Below are positions 38,120 to 48,126 of a stretch of 64,000 bases of DNA, in pieces. The stretch's first letter is position 1, and each line of letters starts with the position of its first letter. The stretch comes from an uncultured Chloroflexia bacterium (lineage in GTDB: Bacteria; Chloroflexota; Chloroflexia; QHBQ01; JADMIH01). A program made the position numbers and the translations under genes. Location of the stretch: the NCBI GenBank assembly GCA_963797095.1, contig CAWCNY010000004.1:544001-608000 (forward strand), in the 5' to 3' direction. Under the pieces are notes generated by a model. It saw only the letters and a list, made by a program, of their open reading frames with translations. It was not told the origin of the DNA and did not search any database.

Positions 38120-39349
38120 TTAGGAGCATGGCACATGTTCGGCTGATAGGGTGGCAAAGAGTTGTTCGGTGTCGGCGGCTACTCTTTGCCAGGTGAATTG
38201 CTCAGCGGCCAGGCGCGCGCCCCGCCGACCCATTTCGGCGCGCGCTTGTGGGTGCTCCCACATCCATTTTAGCTTATCTGCGAGGGCTTGTTCATTTCCG
38301 GGTGGAACGAGGAAGCCTGTTTCACCTTCGATAACTTTGTCAGGGATACCGCCAACGACGCTGGCAACCACCGGAAGAGAGTGGACCATCGCTTCGAGGG
38401 TGACCAGCGAGCTGCCCTCGTATAAAGTGGAGTGGGCGAAGAGATCGCACATTGGATAAAGGCTATGAAGCTCTCCGTCGGTAAGGCCGCCTGTGAACAG
38501 GATGTGGTTGGCGAGGCCGAGAGAGCCTGCGAGGGATTGCAAAGAAGCTTTGAGGGAGCCTTCGCCGACGACGACCCAGCGCCACGGCGCGCCCTGTGAG
38601 CTTGAGAGGGCAAGTGCGCGCAGGAGATGGTCGAAGCCCTTGTTGGCCTCTAATCTGCCCACGCTTATGCCCAGCGGCGCGCCTGAGTCGTTTCCGAGGA
38701 GGGGGAAGCGGCCCCGAAGGGGCGTTTGTATTAACGGGTCTACGAGTGCTAGCAATTCTTCTCGGTCGACACCGTTGGGTAAGACAACTACTTTGGCGGG
38801 GTCAATATCAAGGAGGCGGGCGACTTCGTCGCGCATGGCGCGGTCGGTGGCAACCACGCGGTCGGCGGCGCGGCAGGCAGCGCGCACCCATGAGCGGAAA
38901 GGGGCGTAGGCCAGGCGCTTGAGGGGATCGCGCACCTTGAACTCTTCCATGCCGTGGGGATTGGCAAGCATGGGTACTCCCCACTCGGAGGCGCGGCGCA
39001 CACCCCAGGCGCACAGGCCGTGGGCGTAGATGCCTGCGATATGGCCGCGATAAGCGAGGCCAGCCACGCGCTCGCCTATGCGTTCCACAAAGGCGCGGTA
39101 GTTGGTGAGGCGGGCGGGGATGCCGTTGGGGGGGAGCGGGAATCTGCCATAGCGAACGGAGTGTACGGTGAGGCGGCCCGGTGCGCCAGGTGGAGGGATG
39201 ACGGGCTGGCCCGGTGGAAGGGCGCGAGTGTAGAGGGCGATGTCCACACCACGGCTCAAGAGGTGGCGGGAAAGCGATGTGGAGGAGCGTTCCAGACCAC
39301 CGTAGCCGTGTTGGGGGTAGATGGCGCGCACGCAGTAGGCCAGCCTCAT
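38120..39349 (-). CDS. glycosyltransferase family 4
   Basis: GGLER, GRLEANKG and YEGSSLVTLEAM. Confidence 0.92.
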   Translation of the reverse strand: MRLAYCVRAIYPQHGYGGLERSSTSLSRHLLSRGVDIALYTRALPPGQPVIPPPGAPGRLTVHSVRYGRFPLPPNGIPARLTNYRAFVERIGERVAGLAYRGHIAGIYAHGLCAWGVRRASEWGVPMLANPHGMEEFKVRDPLKRLAYAPFRSWVRAACRAADRVVATDRAMRDEVARLLDIDPAKVVVLPNGVDREELLALVDPLIQTPLRGRFPLLGNDSGAPLGISVGRLEANKGFDHLLRALALSSSQGAPWRWVVVGEGSLKASLQSLAGSLGLANHILFTGGLTDGELHSLYPMCDLFAHSTLYEGSSLVTLEAMVHSLPVVASVVGGIPDKVIEGETGFLVPPGNEQALADKLKWMWEHPQARAEMGRRGARLAAEQFTWQRVAADTEQLFATLSAEHVPCS

Positions 39350-40698
39350 GCTCCCACCCCTGTGCGGGTCATGGAAATTGGTGAATCTGAGGGTTGGTGT
39401 TCGGCCAGAAGGTTGAGATACAGCTGTTCCACCTCAGCAGCCACGCGGTCAGAGGAAAAGACCGTTTCAGCACGGCGGCGCGCACCTGCACGAAGGCGCG
39501 CATTCAGGGTGGGATCGGTAGCGACTGCACGAGCGCCCGCGGCCAGGGTAGCGGGGTCTGATGCGAGCCATCCGCTTTCGCCATGAGAGATGATATCGCC
39601 CGTACCTCCCGTGTTCATGGCGACAATCGCGGCGGAGGCGGCGCACGCTTCGAGCAGAACGCGGCTCAGCGGCTCCTGCCAGGCGGAGGGAAAGAGGAGG
39701 AGGGCGGCGCTGTGCATCAGCCGCAGGATCGCGTCGTTGTCCAGCCATTCGTAGAAGCGAAAGTCGAGATGCTTGGAGGCTGCGGCGCGCTCTAGCTCTG
39801 GGCGCAGCGGACCATCACCCGCCACGATTACAGGCATTTTGAGGGTTGCCCGCTCCATCACTTCGGGAAGATACTGTGCGCCCTTGTTGGTGTCCAGCTT
39901 GCCGACGAAAAGGGCGAAGCGGTCTTGTAGGGATATGTCGTGCAGAGGCCATGGAGAGGCGAGGGCAAGTTCAACGCTGGGGAGGTGGATAAGGTTGGGT
40001 ATATTGACCAGCTTCTGACCGGGCACGCGCTTGCTGAGGGCCAGTTGGTCGCGGACGTAGCGGCTTACCGCTATGATCTGGTCGCAGGTGGCAAGTTGGC
40101 GGCTTGAGCCAAGAGTCGCCAGCCAGCGGACAATCGCCGGCGATAGCTTGAGCGGGGAGCGATCTGTGCTGGAAACGCACCGTAGATACACGCGCAGATC
40201 ATGGCACGAAGGGCATTCGAAAGTATCGCCGTTGGAGCGCGTGAAAAGTCGGGTGCTGACCGGGCAGAGGGGCCAGTAATCGCGAATAGTGGCTGCGGAC
40301 ACCACTCGTGCGCCTCCTGAGCGAGCGCGGCGGGCTGCAATCGAAGCGGCAGTAGCTGAGGCTTTGTGCTGACCGTGGAGTATATCGGCTTGACGCGCCA
40401 GCGCAAGACGCGAGGCCCTTCGAGCCATGAGGCCGGCGGCGGCGCGCTCTCTCCACGCCTTGCCCGCACCTGCTTTCTCGGCCCACGACGGCGCTGGAGG
40501 AAGCAGCACCCATTCGACTGGGAGTCCCTCGTAAGTGTCGTGTCGCAAAGTTGGGCGTGGGGTTGTAGAGTCCCAATCGGGGCGGAGGATGCGCACAGTA
40601 TGGCCGCGCTCTGCCAGGCTCTTGCCCAGGTAGAAGGTGCTCCAGCCGCTGCCACCGCTGCGTGGAGGGAAAACGTCCGTCAGCAAGAGCACTTTCAG
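39346..40698 (-). CDS. glycosyltransferase family 4 with Cys-rich insert
   Basis: DVFPP..GG, DYWPLCP...CPSC...C, GKLDTNKG, WQEPLSRVLLEA. Start uncertain (CTG 40698 or GTG 40692). Confidence 0.88.
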   Translation of the reverse strand: MKVLLLTDVFPPRSGGSGWSTFYLGKSLAERGHTVRILRPDWDSTTPRPTLRHDTYEGLPVEWVLLPPAPSWAEKAGAGKAWRERAAAGLMARRASRLALARQADILHGQHKASATAASIAARRARSGGARVVSAATIRDYWPLCPVSTRLFTRSNGDTFECPSCHDLRVYLRCVSSTDRSPLKLSPAIVRWLATLGSSRQLATCDQIIAVSRYVRDQLALSKRVPGQKLVNIPNLIHLPSVELALASPWPLHDISLQDRFALFVGKLDTNKGAQYLPEVMERATLKMPVIVAGDGPLRPELERAAASKHLDFRFYEWLDNDAILRLMHSAALLLFPSAWQEPLSRVLLEACAASAAIVAMNTGGTGDIISHGESGWLASDPATLAAGARAVATDPTLNARLRAGARRRAETVFSSDRVAAEVEQLYLNLLAEHQPSDSPISMTRTGVGA

Positions 40699-41885
40699 AG
40701 CGCGATCTCCTTGAGGATGCCATCGAGCGCGAGGCAATGGGCGCGCCAGCTATATCGCTCCACCACGCGCTCACGGGCAGATGCACCCATGCGCCATGCG
40801 GCATCGAGGTCGCGCTCCAGGCGCAGTAGGGCACTAACCAGGGTGTCTATATCGCCGGAAGGATAGAGCAGCCCCTCCCGCCCATCGCGAACGATCGTGT
40901 TCAGAGGCGGAATGTCGATAGTGACCACCGGCAGGCGCATCGACATATACTCGAACACTTTGAGGGGCGACCAGTAGAAGCCGAAGGTGCGAAGCGGGGC
41001 ATAGGAGGAGAGATCGAAGGGGGCAACGCCCATGGAAGCCAGAGCAAGAAGGAGAGGCACGCGGGTGTGATCCTGCGGCCCGGTGAAGATGAAGCGACCA
41101 GGGGGCAGGCCCCAGGAGCGCACCTGCTCCTCAAGAGGAGCTAGCTCCGGCCCGCCGCCTATGGCGAGGAAAGAGAGTTTGCTGCCCTCAATCATGAGGC
41201 GGCGAGCGGCCTCGGCGAAGTGTGCCACGCCATGCCAGGCGCGAAAGCTGCCGAGGAAGACGGCCACCGGACCATCGCAAACGAGGCCAAGTTCTCTTTT
41301 GAGTGTTTCCAACTCAGCCCGGTGTGTGTCTCTGATCGCGGGGTCGAATCTATCGACGTTCGCGCCCCAGGATAGCTCATGGATGACAGAACGCGGCACT
41401 TCCGGCGGCACTGTAGTATTCAATGGGGTGACGACGGCTGCGCTCCAGCGCGCCTGCTTGACAGCCCACCTGCGCATCATGCCAAGGAGCGCCTTGTCTA
41501 TCTTCGTCTTGAGGCTGCCTGGCGGGTCGATCATGGGCGCGTTGACTTCCAGGAGCGCGGGGATGCCTGCCCTGTGGGCGAGGAGGATGCCCGCGCCCGC
41601 GAAGTTGTAGAAGCGCTCCATAACAACCTGTGGGCTCAACCTCTGTATAGCACGCCGTACAACTGGAAGGCCCAACATAGCCAATTGCGCGCGGTGGCGC
41701 ACCGGCCGGACTGGGATATCACAATCATCAAGCCTGAGATTTCGGGGTGCATCGGGAGGCGGTTGTGCAACCACCAGCACCTGATGGCCCAGAGCGCGTA
41801 GGCCGCAAGCCACCTCGTTGACGTGCGTCGAGCCACCGGAGGCGCTGCCCACCTGGATGGCGGAGGCCACGTACAGGATCCTCAA
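40695..41885 (-). CDS. glycosyltransferase family 4
   Basis: GGSTH, GSFRAWHG and SPLKVFEYM. Confidence 0.9.
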   Translation of the reverse strand: MRILYVASAIQVGSASGGSTHVNEVACGLRALGHQVLVVAQPPPDAPRNLRLDDCDIPVRPVRHRAQLAMLGLPVVRRAIQRLSPQVVMERFYNFAGAGILLAHRAGIPALLEVNAPMIDPPGSLKTKIDKALLGMMRRWAVKQARWSAAVVTPLNTTVPPEVPRSVIHELSWGANVDRFDPAIRDTHRAELETLKRELGLVCDGPVAVFLGSFRAWHGVAHFAEAARRLMIEGSKLSFLAIGGGPELAPLEEQVRSWGLPPGRFIFTGPQDHTRVPLLLALASMGVAPFDLSSYAPLRTFGFYWSPLKVFEYMSMRLPVVTIDIPPLNTIVRDGREGLLYPSGDIDTLVSALLRLERDLDAAWRMGASARERVVERYSWRAHCLALDGILKEIAL

Positions 41886-42958
41886 GGTGCGTCCTTCCGC
41901 ACCGCCAGCACGAAGTATGGCCCGGCCCGCCAGCCGCCAAAGAGCACAAGGTCGAGCCACATCAGTTCGGTGAGGATGCGCATGGCGCGATAGGCCCAAC
42001 CGCGCTTGTTCAGACGCGTGCGGATCGTGGAGCGGAGAGCGTCTTCGCCTGTTGACTGATCGGGAGGTGGCACACCGGTTTTGGGGCGCGAGCGTAAGCG
42101 GCGAATAGCCGACTCGCCCAGCTTAACCAGCAAGTTCTCGATCAGGCTCTGGAAGAGACCGTTCCAGAAGATCACGCGCTCAACTCGCCAGCCGCACTCG
42201 TTCAATACGCTTTCCAGTTGAGCATAAGTCTCCACGGCCTTCACGTGGTCGGACTTGCGCAGGCGGTCGCGAGAATCGTCCAGCAGACCCCGCTCGCCAA
42301 GCCAGCGCGACAGGCGGCGCGTGGTCTTCACGATGAAGTCGAGGCGCGAGCCTTCGCGGGTGTTGGAGAAGATGAAGAAGCGGCCGCTCGGCGCGAGGGC
42401 GCGATGGGCCTCGCGCAGGTAGAGCCGAAAATCGTCGATCGGCAAATGCTCCAGCACATCAATGGAGAGAGCGGCAGTGAATGTGCCATCTGCGAAGGGG
42501 AGGGCGCGGGCATCGGCGCGGCAGAGGTCTATGTGTTCCAGGGCATCTTTTGCGAAAAGTGGCGCGGGGTCGATGCCAACGGCCCAATCGACGCTGCGGC
42601 TGTTCCAGTAGACGAACTTACCGTTGCCACAACCAAGCTCGACCAGCCGGTCGGATTTGGTAGGCGCGAGCAGGCGGCGAATGGCGCGTTGGCGAACACC
42701 CGCACCCAGCACGGGAGGGCCGATCCGCTTGTAGTCGAGGGTAGCCTCGAACTCGCCTTCGTGAGACACATAAAGGGAAGCATGTGCGCCCTCATCCGGC
42801 GGCATAAGATCAATGTATTCGTTATCGACAACGCGATAGACGCGCCCGCAACGAGGGCAGCGCGCCCCTTCCTCGATGCGCCGGAGGTGGGGTGCAACTG
42901 CCTCCCGGCAGGTGGGAGTCACGCAAACTACAGATTTGAGCAATCGGTCAGAGATCAT
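41882..42958 (-). CDS. class I SAM methyltransferase with N-terminal Trm112-like zinc ribbon
   Basis: C...TC...CPRCGRVY N-terminus; VELGCGNG, ADARALPF, DVLEHL. Confidence 0.87.
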   Translation of the reverse strand: MISDRLLKSVVCVTPTCREAVAPHLRRIEEGARCPRCGRVYRVVDNEYIDLMPPDEGAHASLYVSHEGEFEATLDYKRIGPPVLGAGVRQRAIRRLLAPTKSDRLVELGCGNGKFVYWNSRSVDWAVGIDPAPLFAKDALEHIDLCRADARALPFADGTFTAALSIDVLEHLPIDDFRLYLREAHRALAPSGRFFIFSNTREGSRLDFIVKTTRRLSRWLGERGLLDDSRDRLRKSDHVKAVETYAQLESVLNECGWRVERVIFWNGLFQSLIENLLVKLGESAIRRLRSRPKTGVPPPDQSTGEDALRSTIRTRLNKRGWAYRAMRILTELMWLDLVLFGGWRAGPYFVLAVRKDAP

Positions 42959-42970
42959 AAGTGTATCTTG

Positions 42971-44473
42971 TCAGCATTGTGGCAGGCTGCGGTAGAAGCG
43001 GGCGCGATTGAAGAGGAAATCCCAGATGAGGCCGGGGGTCTTGAGCGGGATCTCCAACTGCCCTTTGAGCACCGTGCCCCAATCGAGGCCCTGGCGCTGC
43101 GGCGAGCACCAGAGGGCGTATTGCATCAGCAACCCGGCGTTCCAGAAGACGAAGAGGGCTGCCACCAGCGCGATACCCCAGCGCGGCACGCCCTTCGCGA
43201 GCGCCCAGGAGATGAGGGCCGACACCCCAAGCACGAAAATCAGGGTGCAGTTGATGAAGCGGCGCTGCCCAAACGAGCTTGCGCTCTGCCAGGTGAGGAA
43301 GGAGCCTGCAATGTACACCTGCAAGACGAAGGCCAGCAGGAGGGCACCGGCAAAAAGGCGGTCGCGCCGCCAGAAGAGGGCCATGCCTATCAACGCGACC
43401 CCGATGATGGGTGCCCACGGTATCATGCCGTGTTCGGGGTTGAAGAGGACGTTCAGGAAGTTGGGTGAGGTGAGGTCGAACTTGCCGGAAACGACCTTTG
43501 ACGGGCCGAACGCGCCCGTGATCACTTTATAGGCGATCAGTTGAGGGATGAAGGCGATAAAGGCTGCCACCATCATAACCCCGAAGCCAAGCACGAGGCC
43601 ACCGGCGCGCCGTAACCAATCGGCGTGATGCCTGCGCCACATCGCGATGAGAGCAATCAGGGCCTCGACGCCGGGGATGGCGAAAAAGAGCGCATCCTGC
43701 TCGCGCACCAGCATCATGACGCCACCCAAAGCGCCCAGGATCGCCCACTGGATGAGGGTGCGGCTGTGACCGTCCCGCAGGCGGGTGCGGTGCCAGTACC
43801 AGATGAAGAAAGTCACTACCAGCAACGAAGTGGCATGCGACCAGGGTGGGGCGATCACAGTATAGAAGATGAGGGAGGTGGAGAACCACACCACAACCAC
43901 CGCGAAGGCGGCGAGCCTGCGCCCGAAGTAGCCGCTCGCGATGGACCAGCAGAGGAGTAGTCCCAGGCAGCCGAACAAATAAGAAGTCAGGCACACAGCG
44001 GCGATGTAGGGGTCGGACCAACCATCGGCTTTCACGTCGAAGCCAACCGATTGCGCGCCGAGCGTGAGCACGTGGGCGATAGCATAGGAGGGCATCCAGA
44101 GCAGCCCCGTGCCGATGGGGGCCTCGTTTGTGGGGAGGCCTGTAGGCTCGCGGGTGTTGTAGAGATCGGTCTTGATCGCCTCGAACTTGACCGGATCGAC
44201 CTCGTACCAGTGCAGGTAGTCGTTGCTGAAGTCGAGATCGCCGTCGAAGAAAAGGGAGTGGGTGTAAGCATAGTACTTGATCTCGTCCGAGGCGTAGATG
44301 CGGCGGGTGGCGAGAGGGGCCAGCAGGATAAAGAGAATTATCAGAAGTAGGAGGGGGCGGTTGGTAAGGCGGTCAACGAGCGATGATAGTCGATGGACGA
44401 TGGAAGACCTCCCTGCCGTGCCGCTGACCGGCGCAGGGGAGACGCTGCTTGCAGTGGAGTTAGCGCGCGCCAT
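42971..44473 (-). CDS. GT-C (GT39-like) membrane glycosyltransferase
   Basis: SDEIKYY...SL.FDGD, VREQD, HG...WAP, SFGQRRF. Confidence 0.78.
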   Translation of the reverse strand: MARANSTASSVSPAPVSGTAGRSSIVHRLSSLVDRLTNRPLLLLIILFILLAPLATRRIYASDEIKYYAYTHSLFFDGDLDFSNDYLHWYEVDPVKFEAIKTDLYNTREPTGLPTNEAPIGTGLLWMPSYAIAHVLTLGAQSVGFDVKADGWSDPYIAAVCLTSYLFGCLGLLLCWSIASGYFGRRLAAFAVVVVWFSTSLIFYTVIAPPWSHATSLLVVTFFIWYWHRTRLRDGHSRTLIQWAILGALGGVMMLVREQDALFFAIPGVEALIALIAMWRRHHADWLRRAGGLVLGFGVMMVAAFIAFIPQLIAYKVITGAFGPSKVVSGKFDLTSPNFLNVLFNPEHGMIPWAPIIGVALIGMALFWRRDRLFAGALLLAFVLQVYIAGSFLTWQSASSFGQRRFINCTLIFVLGVSALISWALAKGVPRWGIALVAALFVFWNAGLLMQYALWCSPQRQGLDWGTVLKGQLEIPLKTPGLIWDFLFNRARFYRSLPQC

Positions 44474-45668
44474 TCACCACCTCCGCTATATGAGCGGCGC
44501 GCGCCTGGTAAGTATAAGCGGTGGAGAGAGCGCGGGCTGCTTCGCCCATGCGTTCGCGCCGAGTGGGATCTGCGGCGAGGGCTGAGATGGCTTCGGCCAA
44601 TGCTTCCGAATTGCCCCCTTCGAAGAAGATCGCGGCATCCTCCGTGATTATCTCCCGGAGAGCGGGCATATCTTTGCAGATCAGGGGTCGGGCCACGGCC
44701 ATATACTCGAACAGCTTGAGCGGTGAGGCCGTCACACCCGTGACGGTGTCGGGGATCACAAGCACGTCGGCAGCCTGAGTGTAGGCCACCGCTCGCTCCT
44801 GTGGTAGCCGACCCGTGAACGCGATCCTATCTAGAGGGATATGTAGCTCCTTTGAGAGTGCGCGCAAGCTATCTACCTCGGCGGGGCGGCCACCCACCAG
44901 CACAAGCAAGGCATCGGGGTGATGGCGGCTAACATTGGCAAACGCCTCAACAAGAGTTTCGAGGCCACGGTACGCAAAGGTGAGACCGGCGTAGCCGATA
45001 ATAAATGCATCCTCCGGCAAGACGGTTTCAAGTCGCGCACTCCCCTTATCTACAGGATAATACAGCGCGGGATCGAATGCGTCGGGAATCACAGCGATCT
45101 CATTGGGCTTTCTCAGGTGATGGGAGACAAGCCAATCCTTGAAGGTCTGGGTGAGGGAGACGATGCGGAAGGCGCGGGTTAGCGCGATGCGGTCAAGCCA
45201 GGGTAGGAAACGCGACCAGAAAGCGTGGGGCCAGCGGGAGGCGCGACTTGGGTGGTCGGCCTCGAGGTCGTGCACCTCGTAGATGATGCGCGATCCGTGG
45301 AGTGGGCGCAGGAGGGCAAGCCAGGCGGCGCAGACGGTGTCGCGCACGTAGATCACTTTGTATTTTCGCCTCTGCAATCGCCAACTCACAAGGAGTATAA
45401 CGAGCATCGAGGCGTAGAGGGTGCGCTCGATGTAGGACCAGCCCGACCAGGGTAAGAACTTCGACAGCTTGTTGACGGCGGGACGCGGCAGGTGCAGGGC
45501 ACCGAGGTCGGAGAAGGCGCTCGGCTCGCGAAGCCACCGTGGGATCACGAGGCGCATTCCGGGGATGATAACTCGTAGCTCGCTCACGGTGTTGAAGGTC
45601 TGGATGGCGTTGGCGGCTCCGAGGTCGAGGCGCATGGGGTAGGCTACGTAGAGGAGGGTGCGAGGCAC
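44460..45668 (-). CDS. glycosyltransferase family 4
   Basis: ANAIQT, YAGL...RG and SPLKLFEYMA; GGAGG RBS before GTG 45668. Confidence 0.9.
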   Translation of the reverse strand: MPRTLLYVAYPMRLDLGAANAIQTFNTVSELRVIIPGMRLVIPRWLREPSAFSDLGALHLPRPAVNKLSKFLPWSGWSYIERTLYASMLVILLVSWRLQRRKYKVIYVRDTVCAAWLALLRPLHGSRIIYEVHDLEADHPSRASRWPHAFWSRFLPWLDRIALTRAFRIVSLTQTFKDWLVSHHLRKPNEIAVIPDAFDPALYYPVDKGSARLETVLPEDAFIIGYAGLTFAYRGLETLVEAFANVSRHHPDALLVLVGGRPAEVDSLRALSKELHIPLDRIAFTGRLPQERAVAYTQAADVLVIPDTVTGVTASPLKLFEYMAVARPLICKDMPALREIITEDAAIFFEGGNSEALAEAISALAADPTRRERMGEAARALSTAYTYQARAAHIAEVVNGAR

Positions 45669-46786
45669 CTGTACACCTCCTCCAGCCTGTCGCCGACCGC
45701 GCTCCAACTGAAATGTGTTTGCACGCGCGTGCGGCCTGCTTCGCCCATGTGGCGTGCAAGTTCGTGGTCGGCAAGCAGAATATTGATCTTCGAGGCGAAG
45801 TCGTGAGGGTCTTGCGGGCGCGCCAGAAATCCGGTGTCGCCATCCACCACTACCTCGCGAAACCCTCCGAAGTCGCTGGCAACTACGGGCGCGCCGCACG
45901 CCATCGCCTCGCAAAGGGCCATCCCGAAGGTCTCGTTGACGAAGGAGGCGGCCACCAGCATGGTGCAGCAGCGATAGAGGGCCGCTAGCTTCGACTGCTC
46001 CACCCGCCCAAGCCAGCGGATGCGGTCGGCCACGCCCAGTTTATCGGCCAGGGCGCGCAGGTCAGGCTCGTAAGGCCCTTCGCCCGCGACCCATAGCTGA
46101 GTGCCGGGTTTGTCCAGCAGGGGAAGCGCCTGGATCAGATATTCGCCCCCCTTCCAGCGCACCAATCGGGAGGCATAGAGCAAGGCGGGCTGTTCGGGCG
46201 TGACTTGCAAGCCGTACTCTGCCAGCACCGCCTTGTCATTGCGGTCGTCCGGGGTGAAGAGATCGAGGTCAACGCCGTTGTAGACCACCACCGGATCGAT
46301 GCCGTAACGAGCGTGCACCTGGGACGCATTGAACTTGCTGGCTGCCACCGAGCCATCGGCAAAGCGCACAAAGAGGCGGTCGCCGGGCCAGAAGTCTTTG
46401 CCATGGCAGCCGAAGAGGAGCTTTGCGCCGGAGAGGCGCGCAAGAGCGCCGGGAGGAAGATCATACGGCTTCTGGATGTGTACGATGTCATATCGCCCAG
46501 CCAGCAGCGCGGGGAGGGCGAAGGGCACCATAGTGAGGCGCTCAAGGAGCTTGGTAAGAGTGTACTGTCTGCCCAGGAGGGGTATCTTGCGCCAGAGGTC
46601 GCGGTCGATGTAGGGGTAGCGGCGGACCCGAACGCCGTGGGGCGTTCGGCCTGTGATTTGCCCCCTGCCGCCGAAGATGTGGGCGGTGTGGCCGCGCGCT
46701 GCCATCTGGGCGGCGACCTCCCAGACGAAGGTCTCGACGCCTCCCCAGCGGGTGGTGGTTGTGAGATTGTAGAGGGCGATTTTCAC
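45644..46786 (-). CDS. glycosyltransferase family 4
   Basis: GGVET, SRLVRWKG and ETFGMALCEAMACG. Alternative TTG start at 46807. Confidence 0.92.
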   Translation of the reverse strand: MKIALYNLTTTTRWGGVETFVWEVAAQMAARGHTAHIFGGRGQITGRTPHGVRVRRYPYIDRDLWRKIPLLGRQYTLTKLLERLTMVPFALPALLAGRYDIVHIQKPYDLPPGALARLSGAKLLFGCHGKDFWPGDRLFVRFADGSVAASKFNASQVHARYGIDPVVVYNGVDLDLFTPDDRNDKAVLAEYGLQVTPEQPALLYASRLVRWKGGEYLIQALPLLDKPGTQLWVAGEGPYEPDLRALADKLGVADRIRWLGRVEQSKLAALYRCCTMLVAASFVNETFGMALCEAMACGAPVVASDFGGFREVVVDGDTGFLARPQDPHDFASKINILLADHELARHMGEAGRTRVQTHFSWSAVGDRLEEVYRCLAPSST

Positions 46787-46803
46787 AGCAACAGTGACAG
46801 GTA

Positions 46804-47697
46804 TCAAGTCTCGCTTGAGGGCTTGCGCAGCATGATCTGGTAAGTACCCTGCCAGCCGTAGCGGTAGAGGCGATAGAACGGGTTGAAGAGGCCGATCTGG
46901 CGAACAAGGGAAAGGACGGCGAGGCGTGAGCCTCTTAGCTGCCGGATCTCGCCGCGCTGGATGCGCCACAGGACAAGGTCGCGCACCTGGAAACCTATGC
47001 CCTGGGCCATGCGGGTGAACGCGGACCATGTGTAGGTGTTGAGGTCGGAAAGCTCCTGCCTGTCCTGGAGGAGGCCGCCGCTCTTGCTGTGCCCTGAGCG
47101 GCTGATGATCGCTTCGGCCAGGGGACGCGGTAGCCAGTTGATCAGCGGCAGGTGATAGTGCGGGTCTCGGAAGGCGCGACGATTGGGCACGGTGGTCAGC
47201 ACTATGCCTCCCGGCCTGAGCGCCCTGCGCATCTCCCGCATGACGGCCTCTGCATCGGCCACGTGTTCGAGCACGTCGAGGCAGGTGATCAGGTCGAACG
47301 ACTCATCGGGATAGGGAAGGTGCTCGCCCGCGGCCACCGCGATGGGAAGCGTGAGACCATAGCGAGCCGCGCGCAGGGAGGCGATCTTGCAGTAGTCGGG
47401 GTTGTAGTCCATCGCCTGCAAGGTAAGCCCCTTGTCGCGATAGGCCAGCATGAGGGCGACCGAGAGGCCACCCATACCCGCCCCCAGGTCGAGCAGCGAC
47501 TTGCCCGCGATCTCGTTGCCTAGAGCCTGGGCCACATCCTTGAGGTTAGCTTCCTGGTGGCGCTCCTGCCAGATGCGGCGCTCTCGCCAGCTATCGAAGT
47601 CTTTGCGCCAGGTCATGTGCGAGAGCCACGGCTCGATGGCGCGCGCTAACTCGGCCTCCAACTCAGGTTTGGTAGGCGTGGGGTCGGTGCGCTTCAC
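46804..47697 (-). CDS. class I SAM methyltransferase
   Basis: LLDLGAGMG, GEHLPYPDESFD, DVLEHV, LRPGG, DPHYHLP. Start uncertain. Confidence 0.88.
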   Translation of the reverse strand: MKRTDPTPTKPELEAELARAIEPWLSHMTWRKDFDSWRERRIWQERHQEANLKDVAQALGNEIAGKSLLDLGAGMGGLSVALMLAYRDKGLTLQAMDYNPDYCKIASLRAARYGLTLPIAVAAGEHLPYPDESFDLITCLDVLEHVADAEAVMREMRRALRPGGIVLTTVPNRRAFRDPHYHLPLINWLPRPLAEAIISRSGHSKSGGLLQDRQELSDLNTYTWSAFTRMAQGIGFQVRDLVLWRIQRGEIRQLRGSRLAVLSLVRQIGLFNPFYRLYRYGWQGTYQIMLRKPSSET

Positions 47698-47734
47698 TTG
47701 TTCGTGTGCTTGTTCCTGCAAGGGGTCGGGTTGG

Positions 47735-48094
47735 TTATTCGCCGGGGCGCTCTTGTGGCGCGCTCGGCTCTCCGTCGTGCGAGTTTTCGCGGAGCCAGTC
47801 GTAGGTGAATATCCCGTCGTGGTGGCCGTCGGCCCAGAAGAGCATAATGCCGTAGCGCCCGATGGGCTGCACGTCCTCAAGGCTCGTCTCTTCGGGCGAC
47901 AGCGATTTTACGGATGAGAGGCGACCTGGGATGCCCATCTCGCCCCGGCAGAGGGCACAGGGGCACTGCCACCGCAGCCATTCTATGGGATAACGAGTGG
48001 TCCTGCCGTCGCTCCATTCGATCAGAAGCGTATTGCTCGCTTCTTCCGCCACCACACCGATCGGCTCGATGGGGGTGTACTCTGTTGTGGACAT
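47735..48094 (-). CDS. DUF971 / GBBH N-terminal-like protein
   Basis: IEWSDG, LR..CPCA.C, G.YG....WADGH..GI. Confidence 0.88.
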   Translation of the reverse strand: MSTTEYTPIEPIGVVAEEASNTLLIEWSDGRTTRYPIEWLRWQCPCALCRGEMGIPGRLSSVKSLSPEETSLEDVQPIGRYGIMLFWADGHHDGIFTYDWLRENSHDGEPSAPQERPGE

Positions 48095-48126
48095 GGAGTA
48101 ATTATATCACGTGGGCTGATGCCGTA

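Noticed and set aside
35926-43468. Long plus-strand ORFs such as 35926..37107 and 42218..43468
   Set aside because: Antisense shadows of GC-rich minus-strand genes.
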